From Candidatus Brocadiia bacterium (GTDB lineage: Bacteria; Planctomycetota; Brocadiia; SM23-32), in assembly GCA_046538485.1 (NCBI GenBank), contig JBKHIT010000018.1, positions 1-64,000 on the forward strand: a stretch of 64,000 bases of DNA. The letters are read 5' to 3'. Below are positions 1 through 7,798 of the stretch, one piece after another. The position numbers were made by a program, and so were the translations under genes. The notes under the pieces were generated by a model. That model saw only the letters and a list, made by a program, of their open reading frames with translations, searched no databases and was not told where the DNA came from. The number at the start of each line of letters is the position of its first letter. Position 1 is the stretch's first letter.

Positions 1-24
1 GAGCGTTAGTATCTTCATATTTAT

Positions 25-2316
25 GTTTCAATCCGCACCCCCGTGAGGGGGTGATCTGCAGCCATAGCCAAGGCTCAAAGGGCCTATCGTTTCAATCCGC
101 ACCCCCGTGAGGGGGTGATTCCATTTTGTGTCTGTTCTCCTAACCACTTGGCGTTTCAATCCGCACCCCCGTGAGGGGGTGATGGATTCCTCAAAAACGG
201 CCATTATGGTATATGGGTTTCAATCCGCACCCCCGTGAGGGGGTGATAGGGCGGCTCAGATTGAGTTCGTGGACGAGGGACAGTTTCAATCCGCACCCCC
301 GTGAGGGGGTGATGTCATCCTTTCTCAGATCGATTGCCATTATAGAGTTTCAATCCGCACCCCCGTGAGGGGGTGATCACAGTGACAATCTTATCCACAT
401 CCTTCAACGTGGTTTCAATCCGCACCCCCGTGAGGGGGTGATACCCGTTGGGTGTGGGCTGGGCGGCGCGTAGACGTTTCAATCCGCACCCCCGTGAGGG
501 GGTGATGCGTATAGTGATGGAATTGTTAGAGGACTACGAGCGTTTCAATCCGCACCCCCGTGAGGGGGTGATCCCAATGCTGTGTTCATTGTTCACCCTT
601 CTCAACAGTTTCAATCCGCACCCCCGTGAGGGGGTGATATTATGTCCACGTCGTCCACATCCTGTCCAGTTGGTTTCAATCCGCACCCCCGTGAGGGGGT
701 GATGGCGCCAGATGGCCGGCGTAGCTGGGACCGACCAGTTTCAATCCGCACCCCCGTGAGGGGGTGATGCGCTTCGCCTGCTGATAATCTTCGGCCTCGA
801 CGTTTCAATCCGCACCCCCGTGAGGGGGTGATTCAGGTCGGTGTGCCTCAGGTTGGCGTGCCTCAGTTTCAATCCGCACCCCCGTGAGGGGGTGATCCCC
901 GCTCTTCACCAGCACTTGTTTCCGTTGCAGTTTCAATCCGCACCCCCGTGAGGGGGTGATACTTTCGCGGGCCTTACAGCGCAAAGCTGACAAGTTTTAA
1001 TCCGCACCCCCGTGAGGGGGTGATAGCAGGCAAATCGTCAGCGTGCTGGAGAAGATAATGGTTTCAATCCGCACCCCCGTGAGGGGGTGATCTACATCCG
1101 ACAGAGGGTCACGCCCGCGAACCCGTTTCAATCCGCACCCCCGTGAGGGGGTGATATCGGTATCCTCTGCTACGATGTGGATGACGACGTTTCAATCCGC
1201 ACCCCCGTGAGGGGGTGATATCACTTACCTCCCCAACTACCTCACAATCACGGTTTCAATCCGCACCCCCGTGAGGGGGTGATCCGTTCTGGTGGGCCTC
1301 GATGGCGGCCATGTACTCGTTTCAATCCGCACCCCCGTGAGGGGGTGATTCAAACCCGGCCGCCATCCCCCACCCGACGAATGGTTTCAATCCGCACCCC
1401 CGTGAGGGGGTGATGGGGGTCTTACCTGAGGTTGATTCGTATGTCGTTGTTTCAATCCGCACCCCCGTGAGGGGGTGATGGCAGCGAATGACCAAGGTGG
1501 GCGTGAAGACAGGTTTCAATCCGCACCCCCGTGAGGGGGTGATGAATTGTTAGAGGACTACGAGCGCGATACTCTTGTTTCAATCCGCACCCCCGTGAGG
1601 GGGTGATAAAACCGGAGGATCAGGTATGAGAGAGATAATGAGTTTCAATCCGCACCCCCGTGAGGGGGTGATTACATAGCCACCGTTGCAGATTCCAATG
1701 TATCAGTTTCAATCCGCACCCCCGTGAGGGGGTGATATCAGGTGTCCTCACCGCGGGTCTGCTGGAGGCGTTTCAATCCGCACCCCCGTGAGGGGGTGAT
1801 GCCCCACTGCCTTTACTCCCTCGACCATTCGACGTTTCAATCCGCACCCCCGTGAGGGGGTGATTACCAAGCGGCTTGCTGTCCGCACCGGAGGGGTGTT
1901 TCAATCCGCACCCCCGTGAGGGGGTGATTCCCTGCTCTTCACCATTACTTGTTTCCGTCGCGGTTTCAATCCGCACCCCCGTGAGGGGGTGATGCCCCAC
2001 TGCCTTTACTCCCTCGACCATTCGACGTTTCAATCCGCACCCCCGTGAGGGGGTGATCATTCCCCGGCTAATCAGTGCAAGTGCTGCACCGTTTCAATCC
2101 GCACCCCCGTGAGGGGGTGATCAGGCTCCATAATTTATTTGTCGATCGCTGGAGGTTTCAATCCGCACCCCCGTGAGGGGGTGATGGCCTCCTTTCACCA
2201 ATTATTGACATTTATAAGAGTTTCAATCCGCACCCCCGTGAGGGGGTGATTCTCAGTCCTGCGCCCATGCCAGTCCTCCCCTAAAGTTTCAATCCGCACC
2301 CCCGTGAGGGGGTGAT
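25..2316 (-). CRISPR. Type I-C CRISPR array, 36 repeats of 31 nt (crRNA sense ATCACCCCCTCACGGGGGTGCGGATTGAAAC) and 35 complete spacers of 33-36 nt; may continue left of the window
   Basis: GTTTCAATCCGCACCCCCGTGAGGGGGTGAT recurs from 25 to 2316, with one variant copy at 994-1024 (C>T at 998). The repeat has a 7-bp stem CACCCCC/GGGGGTG, a 4-nt loop and an 11-nt tail ending ATTGAAAC, as expected for Cas5c processing. It lies downstream of cas2. Confidence 0.99.
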
Positions 2317-2502
2317 CGTAGGCATTTTAAATCATTCTATGTAAAGGTGTAACAGAAGCGAATTCGCGAACCCCCCTTCTCTCCGTATCCCAAAAACACA
2401 AAAGAAACGGCTCTTGCCTATAAGAGCAAGACAAATAGTTCCTTACAGAGTCCGCGAAAGGGATAGGGTTCCAGTGTTTGCTCAAGGTTCGCGCTCCTGT
2501 GT
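2317..2502 (-). promoter_or_regulatory. CRISPR leader
   Basis: AT-richer non-coding region between cas2 and the first repeat. Carries an inverted pair CGCGAACC (2365-2372) / GGTTCGCG (2486-2493), a motif style common in I-C leaders. Confidence 0.8.
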
Positions 2503-2793
2503 TCAGGCAATTAAAGGCCCTTCTGGATCGTACCCAGGTTTCGCGCCCACATGCTCAACGCGACGTTTCCAATTGCTCCCCAAAAAGTAAAAGCGCAAAC
2601 TGTCTTCGTCTTCTTCGATCAGCTGGATAAGTTTCTCCCGCAGTTTCTTCCACTGACCCGGTTCCAGCAAACACTCAAAAACGGATTTCTGCACGCGTTG
2701 TCCCCTATCCTCACATGCTTTGGCTACTCGGCGCAACCGGCGGCGACCTTTTTTCGTTTCAGTCCGGACATCATACGTGATCAAAACCATCAT
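2503..2793 (-). CDS. cas2: CRISPR-associated endoribonuclease Cas2
   Basis: 96 aa; VLITYDV, QRVQKSVFEC and DSLRFY motifs; next to cas1. Confidence 0.97.
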   Translation of the reverse strand: MMVLITYDVRTETKKGRRRLRRVAKACEDRGQRVQKSVFECLLEPGQWKKLREKLIQLIEEDEDSLRFYFLGSNWKRRVEHVGAKPGYDPEGPLIA

Positions 2794-2799
2794 AATTCG

Positions 2800-3831
2800 T
2801 TATTTCCATACGAAAGGAGGATAGCTGTCTAAATCATTTCGGATCATTCGCGCCAATAGAAGCGCCTGGGCATAGGGAAGTAAACCAGTCTCCATCTTTT
2901 CTTCCAGAAAAGGATGGAAAATCTCCTGTTGCTTACGTTCCTGATATGCTGTGATCACTTTTTTTCTTGCGGTGTCCGTCATCTTCACTGCTCCCGTTTC
3001 GGAAGAGATAAAATCGCCTGCTTTTAATTGACGTCGGTTTATCAGCGACAATGCAAGCCGATCCGCCATAAAGGCCCGAAATTCTTCCATAAGGTCAAGG
3101 GCCAACCCCGGCCGACCGGGTCGATCTCTATGCAGGTAGCCGACAGCTGGGTCCAATCCCACACTTTCGAGGGCGGAAACGCAGTCATGCAATAGTAAAG
3201 TGTAGTAGAAGGAAAGCAGCGCGTTAACTGGATCCAAAGGGGGACGTCGGTTGCGCGTATTGAATTCGAAATCGTCTTTTTGTGACGTTATCAGGTGGTC
3301 AAATGCACCAAAGTACGCCTGCGCCGCTTCGCCCTCACGGCCGCGAATCTCATCGAGAGACACATCGCCGTCGAGTCCCCTGAGTGCCCAACGGATTTTG
3401 CCCACAGCTTCGTCCAGTGCTTCTTGGTTTACCTTCTCGGGGTGATCACGGGACGCCCTCTGCAGGACCGTCCGACTGTTAGCTATTTTCCCTATAACCG
3501 CGGTCCGGGCAATATTTCCAGAAACGTCAGGCTTATCTGCGAGCCGGTATTGCTCCCTTCTAAGCAAGACATTACCGGAGACAGGCCCCTGGATACGTCC
3601 GAAGTACTGACCTGTTTTGCTCAGAAAAGATATTGTGACGTCTTTTTCCGAGCACAGCTGCACCAAAGGAGAGCTACAGGAGACCTCACCAAAACAGACG
3701 ATGCCTCCCAAATTGTGGATCGGAAAGCGAAGTTGAGTTTCTCCGTCTGCTCGCACAACAACCGTTTCACCTTTACGGCTGAGATACGCCCCCCGGGTTG
3801 TCACGAAAATTGTATTAAGAAGACGTTTCAC
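2800..3831 (-). CDS. cas1: Type I-C Cas1
   Basis: Probable GTG start at 3831 (MKRLLNT); GNVLLRREQY, RGREGEAA, RRPPLDPVNALLS and LALDLMEEFR motifs. Confidence 0.97.
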   Translation of the reverse strand: MKRLLNTIFVTTRGAYLSRKGETVVVRADGETQLRFPIHNLGGIVCFGEVSCSSPLVQLCSEKDVTISFLSKTGQYFGRIQGPVSGNVLLRREQYRLADKPDVSGNIARTAVIGKIANSRTVLQRASRDHPEKVNQEALDEAVGKIRWALRGLDGDVSLDEIRGREGEAAQAYFGAFDHLITSQKDDFEFNTRNRRPPLDPVNALLSFYYTLLLHDCVSALESVGLDPAVGYLHRDRPGRPGLALDLMEEFRAFMADRLALSLINRRQLKAGDFISSETGAVKMTDTARKKVITAYQERKQQEIFHPFLEEKMETGLLPYAQALLLARMIRNDLDSYPPFVWK

Positions 3832-4537
3832 TCTGGTTTTCCTCTGAAGGCATATCAATTACATTGCTGAGATAATCGCTGGCGTTATGGTTGCGAGTGG
3901 CCTTGGGCAAACACACGGAGCGTAAAGAGCAACTCCGGCACCGCGAAGGGTCATTGGTGGGAGGGGGCGTTTGTCCTGCGTCAAAAAGCTCGTGGAGTCG
4001 CCCAGCAAGCTGCTCGGTTTCTTGCTTCAGACTATTGCTCAATTCGATTTCCTGCCGCTCGCGAGGCTTCCCATAGAATAGAAAACCGCGGTCTACATTC
4101 GTTTCAAGCATCTCCTCCAGACAGATGCCCTGGGCGCACAGCTGGACTTGATCTCGGTGATCGGGCTTGGGTTTTCCACGTTTGTATTCGACGGGGACCG
4201 GTTTCCACAAACCGTCAGCATTGTGCAGATGGATGCCCTGCCTCGCGTCGTCATTTTCCAGCCGGTGGAATTCTACAACATCGGCGCGCCCCACAATACC
4301 CAGCCGCAGAGACCGAAGGCGGAGGCCCCGGGCGATGCGTTTGTTGCCCCGGACCTCCGTTTCAGTCACCTCAGTCCGTTCGTGCAGGATCCTGCCTTCC
4401 GCCGTGAGGGCGCTTTCAACCCACTGACCCTCCAGGTGGATTAATCCCCACTGGCGTTCGCAATACGCCAAATGCTGGAGACCGGACAGGGCAAGCAGTT
4501 CGTCGTCGCCGTAGCGCTGTTGATCAGAGGACGTCAT
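3815..4537 (-). CDS. cas4: Cas4 exonuclease
   Basis: Start reassigned to the ATG at 4537; YCERQW, GRADVVEF, PVEYKRG, QLCAQ and C-terminal CRSCSLRSVC Fe-S cysteines. Confidence 0.95.
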   Translation of the reverse strand: MTSSDQQRYGDDELLALSGLQHLAYCERQWGLIHLEGQWVESALTAEGRILHERTEVTETEVRGNKRIARGLRLRSLRLGIVGRADVVEFHRLENDDARQGIHLHNADGLWKPVPVEYKRGKPKPDHRDQVQLCAQGICLEEMLETNVDRGFLFYGKPRERQEIELSNSLKQETEQLAGRLHELFDAGQTPPPTNDPSRCRSCSLRSVCLPKATRNHNASDYLSNVIDMPSEENQSETSS

Positions 4538-5432
4538 GTAAGGTGACCCCTGAGGGGAGGTCGTCGGTGTCGACGCTGACCTCGTAGTCGGAGAACTCGC
4601 GTGCGGGATCGTCCCCGTTGACCGCTTCAACCTCGACCCGGTCGAAGAGCGTGTGGGCGGGGGCGTTGCCGAGGGCGCTGTCGTGGGAGAAGACGTAGAG
4701 TCCACGGCAGGCCATCAGTCCGCGGGAGGCGCTGCGGTCGAGTTCCCACATCATCTGGAGGGAATCCCAGAACAGGGCCAGGTCCTCGCCGTCGAACCCG
4801 GTGTCGGAGGCGAGGTTGGGGTTGAAGAACCCATGACACCGGTAGAGGCCGTAGGGAATGATGCTCTTGCGGCCCATCTCGGTGACTTTGCCGGTGGTTT
4901 CGGTGTCCCCGCCTTCCAGTTCTTTCTCTTTATCCTCACCGCGGGTGACGGCCACGCGTGTGATGGACACGTCCATGGGGACGACGGGATCGATGGAACG
5001 GGCGAAGGTAAGCTGCAGAGGCCCACGGACCTGTCCACAGTTGACGCCGGTGGTCATGACGGCGCCGAAGGAGCGCACGTCGTAGAACATCCGGCACATG
5101 CGGGAGCGGACGGTGTTCTGGGTCTCCTCGTCCGGCTTTTTCGTGGGTTCTTTGCCTTCCTCGGCGTAGGCGCGTTCGTGCTGTTCGTTGAGAACCCCGT
5201 GCATCTTGACGTAGATCTCCATGCCCGGGTCATCGCCGGCGGTGGCCTTCACGTAGTTGCGGACCTTGCGCTTGAGGCAGACGTCGGTGACGAGTCCCTG
5301 CATGGTTTCGGGGTCGACGCGGGGCAGGTTGCCGGCGTCGGGGTCACCGTTGGGGTTGCCGTCGGTGACGTCGAAGAGGAGGACGAAATCCATGCGGCGG
5401 CTGACATCGGTGAGCTGTTCGGGGTAATCCAT
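4524..5432 (-). CDS. cas7: Type I-C Cas7 (Csd2)
   Basis: NPNGDPDAGNLPR, VTDVCLKRKVRN, DVRSFGAV and GQVRGP motifs. Confidence 0.97.
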   Translation of the reverse strand: MDYPEQLTDVSRRMDFVLLFDVTDGNPNGDPDAGNLPRVDPETMQGLVTDVCLKRKVRNYVKATAGDDPGMEIYVKMHGVLNEQHERAYAEEGKEPTKKPDEETQNTVRSRMCRMFYDVRSFGAVMTTGVNCGQVRGPLQLTFARSIDPVVPMDVSITRVAVTRGEDKEKELEGGDTETTGKVTEMGRKSIIPYGLYRCHGFFNPNLASDTGFDGEDLALFWDSLQMMWELDRSASRGLMACRGLYVFSHDSALGNAPAHTLFDRVEVEAVNGDDPAREFSDYEVSVDTDDLPSGVTLHDVL

Positions 5433-5462
5433 GGTTTTCTCCTGTGAGCAAGAGTGTGGTAA

Positions 5463-5849
5463 TCAATCGTTTTCTTCAGCAGCGCCTTCACTGGCCGCTC
5501 GCTGGTCGGCGGCTTTCTGGTGATAATAACCGAGGGAGAAGAGCGCCTGCTCCTGGAGGGAGAGGGTGCGAGGGAACTCGGGGATCTCCGTGCAAATCTC
5601 TTGGAGTTGACGGTCCAAGCCGTAGTAAGCCCCCTTGTTATTCTTCCGCAGCTTGCCCAAGTGGTTTTGGGCGCCGCGCATGAGTTTGCCGAATACAGTG
5701 GCCGGGGCCGACGAGGCGGTCCCGAAGTAGCGGTCGACGATGGTAGCTTTCGCACCAATCGCGACCTTCTGAATGCGTTCGAGTACGGCCAGGAGACGTC
5801 CGCACAGGTAGGCGGGGTCCCTGTTTTCGCTGTCGAGTTCTGCGGTCAC
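5463..5849 (-). CDS. cas11: Cas11c small subunit from an internal in-frame start inside cas8c (128 aa)
   Basis: Minus strand reads GAGGAGG-acagagaa-GTG (SD 5858-5864, GTG at 5849). The GTG is in frame with cas8c and just upstream of the ELDSENRDPAYLCGRL helical domain. Confidence 0.75.
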   Translation of the reverse strand: MTAELDSENRDPAYLCGRLLAVLERIQKVAIGAKATIVDRYFGTASSAPATVFGKLMRGAQNHLGKLRKNNKGAYYGLDRQLQEICTEIPEFPRTLSLQEQALFSLGYYHQKAADQRAASEGAAEEND

Positions 5850-7139
5850 TTCTCTGTCCTCCTCAATGAGACCATGGGAGCGTTGCGATTCGAAAACGAG
5901 ACGGATGAGGGCGGCGCGAGGCCGGGTCATGCGGTTTTCGGAGTCGGCGCGTGCCCTCTGGATAACCTGGTGCAGGATCTGCGTGGGCATGGGGGAACCC
6001 TGGATGGCGCAGGCCAGGAGGGCGTCTTCCGCCTGCACCGGGATGCTGTCAAAGTCCCGACCCACGCTCACCGCCAGTGTCCGTAGCGGGTAATATGAAT
6101 CGTCACCGTCGCCGCCGACCATGCGCTGGGAATCGAAGTATGCCGCGAGGTTTTTCTGCACTTCTGCAACGGTCGTTTCCAGCCAGTTGCGCACGACCAG
6201 ACGCGAGGTGTAGGTGGAGACGGACAGGGCGTAGAAGTCGTTGGTGTCCAGTTCGGGAACACCCTGTGATCGGAAGGCGGATTTGAACAGTTCGGCCACC
6301 TCCTCGGCGGTTGGGTTGCTGACGATGTCCCAGGGGTTGAACTCCTCCGGTTCCCGGGTCCAGTAGACGTGGGTGGTGGAAGCGATGCGGAGGGAATGGC
6401 GGTCGGAGTTGAAAAGGTAGCTCAGTGCCCGTCCGTAGACATGGGCGCAGACACAGCAAACGGGGGCAATCTCGGAAGCGCTGAGGCCGTAGGACTCGAA
6501 CGCGTTTTCATTGGCGGTGATGAGCTGCACTCGATCGGGGCCCAGCTGCAGCTTGACCGGGTGGCGATCGGCGATGGGTTGATCGGGCCGACCGCATACG
6601 AGACATTGACCGGTGCGGTCGCTCTTTTCAGCCGCCCTTGCGTCCATCTTGTCGATCCAGAACTGCTGTACTTTCCGGGACCGCGTGGGGAGGGAGCCAT
6701 CAACGGAGAAACCGATCAGATCACCGGCCGACATGTCGTCTGGGCGTTCATCTCGGGCGCGATCTATCCCCTCGTGCAGAAAAGTGTCGATCGCCTCAAG
6801 GGCAAGCTCCCCCGAATCTTTCGCGCAGTCGTGGATGAGTTCGTGGAAGGCCTCCTGCCGGGGTTGCACCTTTTCGTCGCTCCATTTGTCCAGTCCCAGC
6901 CCCAGAACATAGGCCGGTTTGTCGACGAGTAGGTAGGGCGGGGGCGAGGTGCCTGCGCGTCGTAAATAGGGCACGGCGAGTTCGAAATCCTGCCCCTGCC
7001 CTTCGGTTCGGATGAATCCACGAAACTCTCCTTCGGCCGAGAGTTCGATGATCCAGTCTATCTCCCGGACTTCATGGTGGCGCGGTTCAAGTTCGCCCTC
7101 GATGCGCTCATAGAAATCGGCGAGTCGTTGAAGGAGCAT
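5463..7139 (-). CDS. cas8c: Type I-C Cas8c (Csd1)
   Basis: N-terminal MLLQRLADFYER; CLVCG, ANENAFESYG, YLCGRLLAVLE and FSLGYYHQ motifs. Confidence 0.95.
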   Translation of the reverse strand: MLLQRLADFYERIEGELEPRHHEVREIDWIIELSAEGEFRGFIRTEGQGQDFELAVPYLRRAGTSPPPYLLVDKPAYVLGLGLDKWSDEKVQPRQEAFHELIHDCAKDSGELALEAIDTFLHEGIDRARDERPDDMSAGDLIGFSVDGSLPTRSRKVQQFWIDKMDARAAEKSDRTGQCLVCGRPDQPIADRHPVKLQLGPDRVQLITANENAFESYGLSASEIAPVCCVCAHVYGRALSYLFNSDRHSLRIASTTHVYWTREPEEFNPWDIVSNPTAEEVAELFKSAFRSQGVPELDTNDFYALSVSTYTSRLVVRNWLETTVAEVQKNLAAYFDSQRMVGGDGDDSYYPLRTLAVSVGRDFDSIPVQAEDALLACAIQGSPMPTQILHQVIQRARADSENRMTRPRAALIRLVFESQRSHGLIEEDREVTAELDSENRDPAYLCGRLLAVLERIQKVAIGAKATIVDRYFGTASSAPATVFGKLMRGAQNHLGKLRKNNKGAYYGLDRQLQEICTEIPEFPRTLSLQEQALFSLGYYHQKAADQRAASEGAAEEND

Positions 7140-7141
7140 TC

Positions 7142-7786
7142 TCAGACCTCCACTTTCGAGTAGAGTTCCAGGGGGACGTCGAGGACGCCGTCTTCCACCC
7201 GGGCGTTAAAGAAGACGGGCGTGCCGCGTCCCTTTTTGGGCTGTTCGTAACGGATGTCGAATAGCATGCGACCGAGATCAGTGGTAAGAGCGATGGGTTG
7301 CTCATCCCCACTGGGCTTGGCAAACTGGGCGGCGAACTCCCGGCAGCCGAGGCACGGCCGATGATAGCACTGGCCTTTGCTGACCCGACGTCGGAACTGG
7401 GCCCTGTATTTCTCCGGGTGTTCGTCCTTACCGCCTGGGCGCAGATCAACGGAGCCGCGTACCACGTAGGCCACGTCGCGCAAAGCTAAGGTGTTGCGTT
7501 GCGTCCGGTTCTCATCCGCGTAGAAGCGGTTTTTGAACGCACTGCGGGAGGAGGTCTTCTTTTTGATTTCATTCCGCAGGAGGGAGAACCGCCGCACGGG
7601 TCTGAGCACCTCAATGCTCTGCACGCGCCAGGAGAACTGTGGCTTCCAGAAGATGGCCTCCAGGATGCCGCGGGCCGCCGAGGGGGTCATCACGTCGTAG
7701 GAGACGCGTTCCACTTTCATCTCCGGCCGGGTGAAACAGGCCAGCGGGCCCCACACCTTCACGGCCAGGGTGTTGCGATCGTTCAT
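7142..7786 (-). CDS. cas5: Type I-C Cas5c (Cas5d)
   Basis: WGPLACFTRPEMKVERVSYDVMTPSAARGILEAIFWKP and LGCREF motifs. Confidence 0.97.
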   Translation of the reverse strand: MNDRNTLAVKVWGPLACFTRPEMKVERVSYDVMTPSAARGILEAIFWKPQFSWRVQSIEVLRPVRRFSLLRNEIKKKTSSRSAFKNRFYADENRTQRNTLALRDVAYVVRGSVDLRPGGKDEHPEKYRAQFRRRVSKGQCYHRPCLGCREFAAQFAKPSGDEQPIALTTDLGRMLFDIRYEQPKKGRGTPVFFNARVEDGVLDVPLELYSKVEV

Positions 7787-7798
7787 CGGTTGGCTCCT

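Noticed and set aside
448..2060. Short ORFs across the CRISPR array
   Set aside because: They are translations of repeat-spacer units, not genes.
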